Shown: positions 1-15,110 of the stretch, piece after piece
How the letters are laid out: the number at the start of each line of letters is the position of its first letter
How positions within the stretch are numbered: position 1 is the stretch's first letter
Assembly (NCBI GenBank): GCA_051294375.1
Contig: CM119267.1
Span: forward strand, 1,584,268-1,648,267
DNA from: Paraspadella gotoi
Lineage: Eukaryota; Animalia; Chaetognatha
Reading direction: 5' to 3'
DNA: 64,000 nucleotides
Position numbers and translations under genes: made by a program
Notes under the pieces: generated by a model
What the model saw: only the letters and a program-made list of their open reading frames with translations
Told to the model about the DNA's origin: nothing
Database searches by the model: none

Positions 1-692
1 TCTTTTCCGCCTTCTCTCGACGGCCGAGCGTTGATGTTGATGTCGTGAATGATTCTCCAGCATCGACAACCGGAAAGATCTTCCTCGTCTCGAGTCGAAG
101 GTCGAACGCGTCTCCTCGTTCGTTGAGGAAGAAACCGACCTTGGTCGTCGAAGAGACTGTTGGCAGCGTCGGCGGTGGCCGAAGCGGCAGCTGCAGCGGC
201 GGACCATCCGCCCGCTCTTTGAAGGCTCGATCTCCTGCTGATAGAATCCTCCGTCCTTTGCTCATTCCTCTCGATGCTCGTCCAACTCGATTGAGACGGA
301 TCTTCGCCTTGATCCAAATTCGATCCCCAGTTGCTCGAATCGGCGTTGAAGACAGAGTTTGTGCCCAGGAATTTGCTGGAGTTTGGCGTCAAGAAAGTGT
401 TGGAGTTGGACGCGATTCGATCTATGGACTGTGGCAAAGGATCGTTGGTCTCCAACTGAAGGAGCGCTCGTCTTTCGGGTTCCATGCCCAATCGACCGTC
501 GGAAGTTGAGCCCAAACTGGATCCCATGTTTAAGCCCAATGTGTCTGTACTTTTTCCGTACTCGTCGCCCAAAAATGACCCCGGTTGAGCACTCGATATC
601 GCGCTCTCCTGCTTTTCCAATTCTGACTTCAAATTTTCACCCAAAAGCGGAATTCTGTTTAAACTGATGGGACGACAGATTTGCTGAATTTG

Positions 693-725
<33 letters not shown>

Positions 726-812
726 TTTGGAACGCGGAGGTTTAGAAGATTCGGGTAAAGTGAATGTGACCAAATTCAAGTAATCAGCACTTGAGACAGA
801 ATCTTGCCGTTC
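1..812 (-). CDS. Exon 4 (runs off window) of an uncharacterised acidic/low-complexity multi-exon gene
   Basis: Acceptor ctcag| at 813. Phase-0 frame ERQDSVSSADYLNLVTFTLPESSKPPRSKDDDD... read by hand stays open to base 1. GC-rich island in AT-rich flank. Confidence 0.6.
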
Positions 813-897
813 CTGAGTTTGTGAGTTTTATTAATTATTAAATCTCTTTACTTATCTCTCTTTCTTTCTTTATTTCTTTTTTTCTTTATTTTCTTTT

Positions 898-929
<32 letters not shown>

Positions 930-1192
930 GAGAAAATCTTTTAATATTTTCTATACCCCGTGAGCCAAATCGACTGAAACGAAGTAAAGAATTAATGATT
1001 AATAATCATTCATGGCCTACCAAACATTAAGAAAATTTTTTCATACCATTTGATAGAAAAATCATTGACGTTTTTGAAATGCCCAATATATTTATTAAAA
1101 TGGGTTTAAAACATGCTTAAAATGTCTCCCGAGCATGTCGGGACAAACTCGTCATCGCTAGAAAAAATTATCCCTTATCAAGCCAAATATTT

Positions 1193-1660
1193 TTTTAGTC
1201 GGATCTGCTTATCAGCAGATCCCGACTCTATAACTCACTTTTTATAACTCACTTTTCGGTCCGTCGGTCCGCCCCCTCAATATTGTCGGGCACACACTTA
1301 TATCATGTCAGAACATCGAATTATGATAAATTATGCAAAAAAAATGATGTCCGTCCGTCCGTCTCGTCGTCCGTCCGTCCGTCCGTCCGTCCGTCCGTCC
1401 GTCCGTCCGTCCGTCCGTCCGTCCGTCCGTCCGTCCGTCCGTCCGTCCGTCGTCCGTCCGTCCCACCTTAGCAAAAAACACCAATTACTCGTGATTGGAT
1501 GGATGGATTTAAATGAAATTTTGTGTGTGGATAGGTAAGTGTGTGATTGAGCTGGATATTAAGTTTCGATGGAATCGTCCGAGTGGAAATGAGTTTAAAT
1601 GGAAAAACAAAAAAAATATATTCACTATTTGAACACCAATTGCTCATGAGTGGAGCCTAT
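1193..1660 (+). mobile_element. Helentron-associated (HINE/DINE-1-like) non-autonomous element, 5' part
   Basis: T-run, then hairpin AGTCGGATCTGCT-tatc-AGCAGATCCCGACT, a conserved core and a (CCGT)n tract at 1349-1462. The same sequence recurs at 19410 and 38058(-), with internal subunits at 3870-4468. Confidence 0.6.
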
Positions 1661-4600
1661 TGACCTGAGAATGTACTGTGTGACACAATGAAATGAGGCA
1701 ATGAAACGTGGCGAACGGTCTCGCTGATTTGTCCCTTTAAATCGTTTCTGAGCCAAATTAATTGATCACTACTTTTGGTAATATGTGCGATATACCACTA
1801 CTGGACATGTCTGTATCTGACCATAACCCTTGACCATCAACAAAAAAGCTAACTAGATCAAAATAGTAAAAAAGATGAAGCAATATAGCTCGAAACGCTT
1901 AAAAAATTTTAGACCATTGCTTTTATAAATGCAAAAAAAATATTAATATTATTAAAACAAAAACTTTAACGATAACCTAATAGTTAACGAGACCAAGATG
2001 AATATTTTTTACCCATCATTTCCTCAATTTTATATGAATCATTTGTTTGTAATTAGTCAATTAATCTAAAATCTAAAATGACAAATTCATTTTCAATTTC
2101 TTTATGAATGGGAAGTTTTCTCTGCTTACTCCCCTTGTGTCTAATTATTTAATATTTTAAAGGTATTTTCAAAACCTTATATAATTACTATATTTTTCAC
2201 TTTTTTTCAATTCTTTCAAACAAAAACAACATCATAAAAACATTTTAATTAATAAAAAAAAATTGATTGAATGATTTTGGAAAAAATATTTTGAAACTTG
2301 AGAATAATGGATTATGAGTCAAGAAAAAATTTTGCAATTCTAAAAAAATCAGCCCTCTAGCCTTTCTATTTTTCTAGAGGCTGATTTTTTTTATTTTTTG
2401 ATATTTAATTTTCTATGCAAAACCATTATTCTCAATGAGCATAGGTCGGATGAAATTTTTTCCCAACAATTTGAAAAAATTTCAACTTTCTATAATTAGG
2501 CTTTTTTGGGGAAATAAATAAATAAATTATTATACGATGGGTACATCTGAAATGATTTGTCTCTAAATGACAAAAAAATTTCTTCAAGTTTTATTTTGAA
2601 ATTTAAGTATTGTACCAACAGAAATAAGTGAGATACTCCCGCTTTGCCGAAATTTCATTTAACAAAGATTTGTACTGCGTAATTTAAAAAACGTTATTTT
2701 TTTAAATAACTTTGAAAGAAAGAGGTAGCAAGGTGGATGTGGTATCAATTAAAGCCCTAATCATGGGACACCCTTTCTAAAAAGTTTTATTAAATTAAAT
2801 CCATAAATCTTTACACAGCTTTTGTTTAAATCAGAGTTAAAAGTATAACAGTTTTTTGCTTTAAAAATTTCAATGAAGACATATGAATTTTTTCTTTTTC
2901 TTTTTGTAATTTGAAAAAGGAAAGACTGAATTAAATTTTGTTTATATTAAATTTTTTTATTCCATAAAATTGCTTATATTTTTCAGTTAAATTAAAAAAC
3001 AAGCAAAATTTATGTTATAGCTTGATAAAATATATTTTAAATATTAAAAATGATAAATACAAAAATGTTTTCAGCTTGATATAAACAGTCTGGACATCTA
3101 CCTTCTTGTCTGTGAAAAAAAATCGTCATTTTTCATTATCTTTACTGCAAACTAAAGCTGACACACTGCTTGTTTATCATATTAAAGTTGTAAAAAATTA
3201 TATAGCTGGTAACATATTGACAAAAGCAAAACATCATTGTGTTAATTTGTATTGATATTTTTTTTTAAATATAGCAAGGAATTTAATTTTATTATTTATT
3301 CATCCATTTTAATTAAGAAAAAATATTTTCTCATAATAGCCCATTGGAAAGGGTTCATTGACTGACTTAATGATTTACTGCCCCATTTCACAAAATATTA
3401 AAAGTCATGTTATTCATGTCAATAAGTCCAGATTATCTGTACCCTTTCTGCAACCTGCATTCCAATTTTCTTTTTTCCCTTTCAAATATATTAAATAAAA
3501 AAAATATTTGAGAGAACAATCGCGTGGAGGATGCCATTGGTAAGCCTTAGTTACCCCACTTCCCGATCGAATTTTTAAATGAGGTTTTTTTCCATCTATT
3601 TGAGACATAACACTAACTATTAGTACTATATTTTTTTTATTTTTTTTATATTACAAATTCTATGAATAAATATGAATAAGTAACTTTTAAAAAAATTTAT
3701 CATCTTTCAACCTATATTCAGTCATATCAAAAAAACAAAAAAAGATTTGCATTGATATTTTGGATATCAGCATATGAAACTATAACGTTTCAAAAATAAA
3801 AAGAAATATAATAATATTGAACAGTGAATTTTTTTTATGCACGGAACAGTAACGTTACGCCATTTTTCATTGTGTCGTAGGAAAGTGTGTGATTGAACAG
3901 GAAATCAAGTTTCGATGGAATAGTTTGAGTGGAAATGAGTTTAAATGGAAAAAAACAAAAAACCTGTTTTACTAATTGATTATGCTTCTTTTTCCTTTTA
4001 TATTAAATGTATCTGCAGGATGTATTAATAAATCAAATAATTAATCAGTTAATTAATCAATTAGTAAATAAATTAATCAATAATTAATTAATTAGTCAAT
4101 CAATCCGTCCATCCGTCCCATCTTAGCAAAAAGCTCCAATAACTCGTGATTGGCTGGTTGGATTGGAATTAAATTTTGTGTGTGGGTAGGAAAGTGTGTT
4201 GATAAAGCTGGATATAAAATTTCGATGGAATCGTGTGAGTGGAAATTAGTTTAAATGGAAAAAAACATAAGTCGAATTTACTAAAATCTTTTTACTTATT
4301 TTAACCAATAAATACTCCAATTAATCATAATTGGATGGATAGATTGAGTTGAAATTTTGTGTGTGGGTAGGAAAACGTATGACGAAGCTTGATATAAAGT
4401 TTCAGTGGAAACGTACCAGTGGAAATGAGTTTAAATGAAAAAAATATGAGTCACATTTACTTGAATCTNNNNNNNNNNNNNNNNNNNNNNNNNGAAAACA
4501 AGAGAAAGATTCATATATGATGACAGTTGTGTTCGTTTTACCCATAGAATTGTGTTTTCGCTCGGACAGGAAATTTCTCTTTACGAGTTTCCCCTTAAAA

Positions 4601-5053
4601 TATACAAAGTGACTTTTTTATACTGTTCAGCACACGAGCGCTTTTCTTATACTTCCCAGTTCAAACTTTCCAATGTTTACACTTGCGCAATGATTTTGCA
4701 ATCTTAACTTATAGCAAATGCATTTTAGCCCCAATTTTTGATGCTACGATGTTGTTCAGTAAAGCGTAGCAAAATATTAAAAATCAAGTAGAATCAAAAT
4801 TTCGAATACAAGACTCACGAACAGGCTTGTACCTGTGACATTAAAATAAATAAAATAAAATATAAAAAATAAAAATTTAATTTTTTTTTTCAATTTTTGC
4901 ATACTCCCATATTAAGTGGATCAAAACCTAAAAAACTATTATTATTAACCTTTAGAGAAACAAAGTGTTTTTGTATTGTGACAACGATTTATTTTAATAA
5001 CTTATTTATTTTATTAACCTATAATTAAATTTAGTATAAAAATATCGTTTTAT

Positions 5054-5285
5054 GGTGGACTAAAATCCACCAACCGTTCATCCAGCGCAATTGGTGCCGG
5101 AGGCAAGTCATTCGCCTCCCAACCCAAAGGTCCGGGGTTCTACCCGGTGGCCGCCTAGCAGTTAAGAGGGACGGTCGTCTTAACCCGTCTGTAACAAGTT
5201 TTACAGCCTGATCCGAAGCTCAGGGACTGCTTATATTTGAACGGTTCTGTCACTAACATATAAACATAATTACTGTCTCTTCAGT
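5054..5285 (+). mobile_element. tRNA(Gly)-derived SINE, family A
   Basis: tRNA-like head with TTCGCCTCCCAA anticodon arm and GGTCCGGGGTTCTACCCGG B-box region. Homologous copies at 43370-43596 and 47724-47950 (-). Confidence 0.65.
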
Positions 5286-6159
5286 TTTTTTAAATTTTTG
5301 GCTAACTTAATGAAAGAATTTTTGATTAAGACTTATACTTTCTTTTAATAACTTCTTATGAGGAATTCGAATCTGCTATCAAAACTAAGAAAGCATTATT
5401 TAAAATTTTAACATTTTTTATGGTAAGTACTATGTATAAATAGGGGAGTATGCGAAAAATGAGAAATTTAAAAAAAATTATATATCAATGTTCTTTAGTC
5501 CAAGACTGTTCATGATTATTCGAATTTTGATCTGCAACTTTAACTACACCTTATTGTTCAGCTAAGCTGCTTAAATCGCTTGCCCAAAGGCCTGAGAATG
5601 AATCTCTAATAAACCATCTGCCCTTCTGGACCTTGTAAAGGTCAATTAGGCTGAAAATATTTATACTGTAATCTTGATATTGAATTAAAAATTATTCATT
5701 TCATTTGATTATTAAAAGATGCAATGAGCCATCAATTTGACGACTTTGACAGCTTTGAAAAAAAAATTTAGTTGTTATTAAATATAATTTAAATAAAATT
5801 TTAACAGAATAAACGTCAAACATTTCTCTATCTCATAAAAAACAGTTTACACTTATGTCGATGCAGTAAACCATGGCAATGATTTCTTTCCTGTCACTGG
5901 ATTTGGCTCACGGGGTACCAGCGCGAAATCGTCCGAAACGAATTGCTTAACATGAGAGAAAAGTCACTTTGTATATTTAAGGAAACTCGTAAAGAGAGAA
6001 TTTCCTCCGAGCGAAACACATTCTATGAGTTTTAAAACGAAACACAACTTCATATAAAAAATCTCTCTCGGAATACGAGTGGCCTCTGAAAAATATGAAA
6101 AACAGACCTGAGAATTGGCCAAACGACATTAAAAAGAGAGACGAGGCGTGTCACCTTAT

Positions 6160-7647
<1,488 letters not shown>

Positions 7648-7866
7648 TTTGCTTTCTTTAGTGAAGTTCGTGAGAAAAAAATTTTGTAAATTGGCAAATG
7701 TCAATAATATTTCTCGGCCTAAAATTCCATACCTTTCACATTCCTACTTTGGTAGTTCATATAAAAGTCGTTGTTATTTTATTTCCCTTCGATGTTATAC
7801 TGAAATAAACTCTCGTTCATTTTACTTTGGTATCGAATTCTTTTCACTAAAAATTTCGTCCTCCAC

Positions 7867-7917
<51 letters not shown>

Positions 7918-7918
7918 C

Positions 7919-7958
<40 letters not shown>

Positions 7959-7962
7959 TCAC

Positions 7963-8157
7963 CTTTGTCTTCAAGTATTCCTCCAATTCAAGTCCTTCCT
8001 CCTCCTCCTCCTCCTCCTCCTCTTCCCGCTCCACCATCTCCTTGGCCAGCCTCTTCAACAGACTAAGATCTCTTCTGACGGCCAGCTGGGCGTCGTCCTG
8101 CCCTTCCTCGCTCGTGATCTCTGTCTCTCCCAGCTGATCCGAGTATCGTTCCAAGGC
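7963..8157 (-). CDS. Exon 3 of the uncharacterised minus-strand gene
   Basis: ttccag|GCC acceptor and AAG|gtgaaa donor, 195 nt, phase 0/0: ALERYSDQLGETEITSEEG...LEEYLKTK. Confidence 0.65.
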
Positions 8158-8394
8158 CTGGAACGGGACGATTGGCAGAAAAAGACGAGGAAATTAAGGC
8201 TCTCTTTTCGCAGAGCGCCCAATTTCTGTTCCTAACCCCAAACAAAATAATTAACAATCTGTTAGGGATCAGGGTTAAACATTTATGTTAAGGATTTAGT
8301 AAAAGATTAAGTTTAAATATTAAGATCAAAATTGAGTTCAGAGACTTTAGAACAGAAATGGGGATTGGAGTTTCTTACCCTGACAATCCCGGAC

Positions 8395-9375
8395 CTGTAA
8401 CAAATCCCTCGGTGGCATCGCCAGTCGATCCAAATCTCGATCCAAGCCGGCGTTCAATCCGACTCGATCCTCGGCGTCGACAGCGCCAAACGCGACGCCG
8501 CTGTCTCCCAAAACGGCCACGTTGACGCCAGGAGCGGAGGCAGCATTGAATCCGGAGGCAGGAGTCGACACGGCGTTCTCGTGGGCGGGGCTCTCGAAAA
8601 CCGCGCTCTCCAGACTGGCGCTCTCCTTTGCGGAGCTATCTCTGGCGGCGTTCTCAAAAGAGCCGCTCTTCAAGTTGGGGCGCTCATTGGCAGGGTTATC
8701 CAGCCTGGCTCTCTCGCTGTCAGGGCTCTTGTTGGCGGCTCTCTCATAATGGGCGCTCTTCAAGGGTGCGCGCTCATTGGCAGCGCTCTCCAGCGTGGCT
8801 CTCTCATTGGCAGGACTCGTGTTGGCGACGCTCTCAAAATGGGCGCTCTTCAAGGGGGCGCGCTTATTGGCAGTGCTATCCAGCGTGGCTCTCTCATTGG
8901 CAGGACTCGTGTTGGCGGCGCTCTGAAAAGGTGCGCTTTTAAAGATGGCCCTTTCATTGGTGGAGCTCTTAAAGATGGCGGTCTCATTGGCGGCGCTCTC
9001 TTGGATAACGCCTTCTTGTCCTCCTTTGTCTCGACTTCGATCAAGTAAATGAAGCGAAGGCAAAGATCGAGAATATCCGACGTCTTTTTTATCGTCGTCG
9101 TCGTCGTCGTCGTCGTCGTCATTTTCGGCTCCACCAATCGTCTCTTGAGAATCAGAATTCAACCAATCATAGACGCGATCTTCGTAATCCTGATCGTTTT
9201 CCTCTTCTTCCTCTTCCCTCTTCCCCTTCTCCTTGCTCTCCTCGGATTTTTCCTCTTCCTCCTCTCTTTCTTCCTCCCTCTTCCCCCTCCTTTCCTCCAT
9301 CTCTTCTTCTTCCTCTGTCTCTTCTTCCTCTTCTAATTGCTTGGGTTCCTCCACAACGACGTTGAGGATCGAAGC
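8395..9375 (-). CDS. Exon 2 of the uncharacterised minus-strand gene (Glu-rich, then SA(A/P)NERA repeats)
   Basis: ttccag|GCT acceptor and CAG|gtccgg donor, 981 nt open, phase 0/0. Coincides with ORF 8347-9354. Confidence 0.7.
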
Positions 9376-9469
9376 CTGGAAGTTCGTTCGTTCGTTCGTT
9401 CGTTCGTTCGTTCGTTCGGTAGTGCTCGTTTCGTTTCTTCGTGTCGTTCGTGATGTTCTCGTATCATTT

Positions 9470-11757
9470 TATTACATTCATTTAATCAGTTTGCCATTCC
9501 ATTCATCATCATCAAATTCATTCAATCATTCATTCATTCATTTAATCATTCTATCATTCATTCATTCATCCAATTCATTCATATTCATTCATTCATTCAA
9601 TTAAAATCAATAAAATCATTTATTTAATCGTTAATCTCATTCATTCCTTCATTAATTCATTCCTTCATTCATTCATTCATTCATTATCTTCAATTAATCA
9701 TAAATTCATTTATTTAATCGTTAACATCTATTCATATCTTCATTAATATCATTCCTTCATTCATTCGTCATTGCATTCATATTCATTCATTCATTCATCT
9801 CATTTAATCATTAATTGCATTCATATCATCATCATTTATTCATTCATTCATTTTATTCCATTCAATTCATTTAATACATTCATTCATTAATTCATTAATT
9901 CAATTTAATCATTCATTCATTCATCTTCATTCATTCATTTAATCATTAATTCATTCATTCATTTATTAATTCATTCATTTAATCATTCATTCATTAATTT
10001 AATCATTCGTTCATTCATTATTCTTTCATTCATTCACCTAATCAATTAATTCATTCATTCATCATATATTCATAATCCATATCATTCATTCATCCATTCA
10101 TTAATTTAATCATTCATTCATTCATTCATTTTTTTAATCATTCATTCATTCATTTATTCATTCATTAATCATTCCTTCATTCATTCATTTAATCATTAAT
10201 TCATTCATTCATACACATTTTTTCATTCATATCATTTATCATTATTCATTAATTATTCATTCATATCATCATTCATTCATTCACTTAATAATTAATTCAT
10301 TCATTCATATATTCATTCATTCATTTAATCATTCATTCATTCATCCATTCATTAATTTAATCATTCATCATCATATCATTTAATCATTCATTCATTCATT
10401 TCATTCATAATCATATAATCATTCCTTCATTCATTCATTCATATCAATTCATTCATTCATTCTTCATTTAATCATTCATCATTAATCATTAATTCATTCA
10501 TTCATGCATTCATTCATTCATTTAATCATTCTTTAATCATTCAATTCATTCATTCATTCATTCATTCATTCATTCATTCAATTAATCATAAATTCATTTA
10601 AATCATTAATGCGTTAATTCCATTCATCTCCTTATCATTAATTCAATCAGATCTTCATATCATGCTCATTCCTTCATGCATCGATGTCATTAATCAATAA
10701 ATTCATTTTATTTAATCGTTAAATCTCATTCATTCCTTCATTAAATTCAATCTCCGCTTCATTCCATTCATTCAATTCATTCATATCATTCATGTTCATT
10801 TAATCAATTATTCATTCATCTCATATCATTTTATTCATTCATTATCCCATTTAATTCCTTCAATATCATATTAAGTCATTCATTCATTCAATTCATTCAT
10901 TCATATCATTCAATTACATTCATCTCATTCCATGTAATCATTAAATCATTCAATGTTATTAATTCATATCATTTAAATCATTCATTCATTATTAAATCAT
11001 CTCGTATCATTCATACTTATTACTATTCATTCATTCACCTAAATCATTAATTCATTGCAATGTCATTCATAATATTTACATGTAATCAATTCATTGCATT
11101 CCATCCATCATAGTAATTTAAAATCATCATCATATCATTCATAATATTTTTTTTAAGTCAATTCATGACATCATTCCATATTAATTCATTCATTAATCAT
11201 TCCTCATTCATTCATATTAATCATTAATTCATTCATTCATACATTATTTTCATTATTTCATTTAATGCAGTTAATTCATTAATGTTTCAATTTATTCATT
11301 CTTCACCATAATAATTGAACTTCATAGTCATAATCATATAAATTCATTCATATTCATTTTATGCATTATCATTCATTCATACATTGCATTAATTATAAAT
11401 CATTCATGTCATTACATTTACAATCATTCATTCATACTCATTACTTATTCATATCATATAATCATGTCCATCAATTCCATTCCATATCATGCTCATCATC
11501 ATTCATATCATTCATTCATCTCATTCATTCATTCATTTCATTCTAATCAAATGTAATATCATTAGATCATTTAATTTCATTGCATTCATCCAATTTATTC
11601 ATCTTCATTCCATTTATTATTCCCATTCATTTAATACATTCATAATCATTCAATATCATTCATTTAATTGCATGATCAATCATTCATCAATCATTCATTC
11701 ATTCATTCATTCATCTCATATCATTACATATCATATCATATCATTCATTCATTCATA
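9470..11757. repeat. Degenerate (TTCA)n array, noisy
   Basis: Directly visible. Resembles the array at 13375-14480. Confidence 0.9.
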
Positions 11758-11765
11758 TGCATGTC

Positions 11766-12167
11766 CAACCTCTGAATGATTTTCGCCTCTGGCTCATTAA
11801 AGATTTGTTTTTCCCAATCGGCTTTTTCCCTGAATGCCTTATTCGCTTTCCCGGGCGGCGAAACGGCCGTCCGCGAATCCTACGGGCGACCGTGCGATTC
11901 GCGGCAAGCGCGCCCACGGGGACAATTCCAAGACCCCCTCCTTCCTTTCGCCCAGAGATTCCCAATTTCGACGTATCCCGGAAGATTGGAAGCGATGCGG
12001 CGCGTCAATCGGCGCGGCAAAACTCTACAGCGCATCGTAATCGGGGATATGTCAGGCGCTCCGCCTGAATACGGCGTCGCCGATGTTTAACTTCATTGCG
12101 ATTCTCTCTACTCGCCGGCAGGTCGAACGGTCCGGTGACGCCCGCCTCGAAGTACGACGGCGCCGCG
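11766..12167 (-). other. Indel-rich duplicate of 14481-14830 ending at a 25-N gap, probable gap-fill artefact
   Basis: aacctctgaatgattttcgcctctggctc... matches 14481 onward with many single-base indels. Confidence 0.8.
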
Positions 12168-13248
12168 NNNNNNNNNNNNNNNNNNNNNNNNNTAACTGAA
12201 ATTAAGATGAGTCGTATTTCTTATCTTCTTCTCGCTTTTCGTGTTATTTCCGCATCTTTCTTTCGCTTTTTTCTCTTTCGCTCTATTAACTTCTTTCTCT
12301 GTCCTCTTTGCCTCTACTTTTTGGGCCTAACTTTCCTTCCTCTTCTGCCCCTCTGGTCGCTCGTTCGTTTCCCCCGAAACACGCCAAGGGGGGAACGTTG
12401 CGCTTTTTTTTTCTTCTCGCGCGGGATTGAATTCAAAAAAGCTCGCGCGGCACGATCGTTTCCTGACCTCCACGCTTTTCTCTTCGATCAACCAGACTTA
12501 CGCTGGAAAGAGAGAGAGAGAGAGAGAGAGAGACGAGAGAGAGAGAGATGCAGTGAGAGAGAGAGAGATGTAGAGAAGAAGATGAGAGAGTACGTGAGAT
12601 GCGTAGTGAGAGAATCGTGAGAACTGTATGATGGAAATGAGTCGATCTGGTCGACTTTAAACAAAAGACTAAACCGCAAGAAAAACAACAATTTCTCGAT
12701 CGTTAATCTCTGCTCGGTTCAGAAAAAAAAAAGAATTTGTTTTTTTGTGTTTTGAAACTTTTAAATGAACCTAGCATCGATAACAGTTCTGGCTAACCGT
12801 GTTGCACCATTGTAAGTTATCTTCCTAAGAAAAAAACAATATCAAATTTTAATTAATGGTCAAGTAACTTCTCAAAAATATTATCGCGAAAAAAATCGGC
12901 TTAAAAACCTTTTTTTTCTTTCCGCGCCGCGGGAATAAAAAAAAACAAATAAAAAGGAAATGATTCAAACAGAGACGAAGGACGGGAACGACGGGACGAC
13001 GACGACGAACGACGACGGACGATGACAACAACTGGCGATGGCCGAGAGAGGTGAGTTCCGAGTTATCTGACTCGGCAATAAACATGACGACGCTGGACCT
13101 TACTCCCACCATTGGTTGGACAGGAAAAAAAGAAACTCACTCTCATCCTCTTGTACACGAAGAAATACTCTTCTCCTTATTTTTTCTGCGCGAGGGACCG
13201 AGAGACCGATTGCGCGTTGAGATAGATGGCAGAGAGAGGAAGAGAGAA

Positions 13249-13289
<41 letters not shown>

Positions 13290-13374
13290 AGGAGAGTAGA
13301 GAAGAGAGAGAGAGAGAGAGAGAGAAGAGAGAGAATGAAGTAGAAAGTTTCGTCCTCGTGTCGTGTCGTTCAGT

Positions 13375-14480
13375 TCCATTCATTAATTCGTTCATTCATT
13401 CATGTTCAATTCATTCATTCATTCATTCATTCATTCATTTAATCATTCTATCATTCATTCATTCATCATTGATTCATTCATTCATTCATTCAATTAATCA
13501 ATAAAATACTTTATTTAATCCGTTAATCTCATTCATTCCTTCATTAATTCATTCCTTCATTCATTCATTCATTCATTCATCTCAATTAATCATAAATTCA
13601 TTTATTTAATCGTTAATTCCATTAATTCATTCTTCATTAATTCATTCCTTCATTCATGTCATCTGCATTCATTCATTCATTCATTCATTCATCTCATTTA
13701 ATCATTAATTGTTTCATTCACAATTCAACATTATCATTCATTTATTCATTCATTCATTTATTCCTTCATTCATTTAATCATTCATTCATTAATTCATTAA
13801 TTCATTTAATCATTCATTCATTCATTCATTCATTCATTTAATCATTAATTCATTCATTCATTTATTAATTCATTCATTTAATCATTCATTCATTAATTTA
13901 ATCATTCGTTCATTCATTTATTCTTTCATTCATTCACCTAATCATTAATTCATTCATTCATTCATATATTCATTTAATCATTCATTCATTCATCCATTCA
14001 TTAATTTAATCATTCATTCATTCATTCATTTTTTTAATCATTCATTCATTCATTTATTCATTCATTAATCATTCCTTCATTCATTCATTTAATCATTAAT
14101 TCATTCATTCATACATTTTTTCATTCATTCATTTAATCATTAATTCATTAATTCATTCATTCATTTATTCATTCATTCATAATATTCCATGTCATATCAT
14201 TTAATCATTCATTCATTCATCCATTCATTAATTTATCATTTTCATTCATTCATTTTAATCATTCATTCATTCATTTATTCATTTCGATTAAATCATTTCC
14301 TTCATTCATTCATGTCATTCATTCATTCATTCATTCATTTAATCATTAATTCATTCATTTAATCATTAATTCATTCATTCATACATTTATTCATTCATTC
14401 ATTTATTATTCATTCATTTAATCATTCATTCATTCATTCATTCATTCATTCATTCATTCATTCATTCATTCATTCATTCC
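13375..14480. repeat. (TTCA)n array
   Basis: Directly visible. Confidence 0.9.
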
Positions 14481-14483
14481 AAC

Positions 14484-15110
14484 CTCTGAATGATTTTCGC
14501 CTCTGGCTCTTACGTTTGTTTTCCCAATCGTTTTCCCTGAATCCTTTTCGCTTTCGGGCGGCGAAACGGCCGTCCGCGATCCTACGGGCGACGTGCGATT
14601 CCAAGCGCGCCCCGGGGACAATTCCAAGACTCCCTCTTCGCCCACAGATTCCAATTTCGACGCCCGAGAGATGGAAGCGTGCGGCGTCAAATCGGGCGGC
14701 ATCACGGCGTCGTAATCGGGGATATGTTCCGGCGCTCCGCCTGATACGGCGTCGTCGATGTTTAACTCTTGCGATTCTCTTATCGCCGGCGTCGAGTCGG
14801 TGACGCCGCCTCGAAAGACGACGGCGCCGCGAAAGACGCCGGTAGCGCTGGTAGCGCCGATTCCCAATTTGGTTCCGCTCCACTTGGCGATCGGTTTGCG
14901 GCCCGAATGGGAGCTGATCTTCGATTCGATTTCCGCCCGAGTGGCGGCGCCATCGTCGGCGTCTGTCTCTTCGTTTGACTTTTCCTCTTTCTCCTTTTCC
15001 TTCTTTTCGTCGCGCGCTCCCTCTTTTTCCTCGTCTTTCTCGTCGTCTCTGTCTCCATCTCTCTTCTTTCTCTTTGATCCCGACGAATCCGCCTCATCTT
15101 CCTCGTTCAT
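14484..15110 (-). CDS. Exon 1 (or an internal exon) of the uncharacterised minus-strand gene
   Basis: ORF MNEEDEADSSGSKRKKRDG...ENHSE, 627 nt. Donor GAG|gttgga is phase 0, compatible with the exon starting at 9375. Confidence 0.65.

Larger units (their letters stand above)
956..5915. mobile_element. Possible TA-flanked DNA transposon remnant defined by terminal inverted repeats
   Basis: ta|CCCCGTGAGCCAAATC at 954-971 and GATTTGGCTCACGGGG|ta at 5900-5917. No transposase ORF seen, and an N gap lies between the ends. Confidence 0.35.

Noticed and set aside
45-667. Plus-strand ORFs 45-509 and 359-667
   Set aside because: Antisense shadows of the longer open, splice-compatible minus-strand exon.
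5083-5157. Functional tRNA-Gly gene (and tRNA-Met at ~32320-32390)
   Set aside because: D-arm and anticodon stems are degenerate and the units sit inside longer dispersed repeats, so they are treated as SINE heads.
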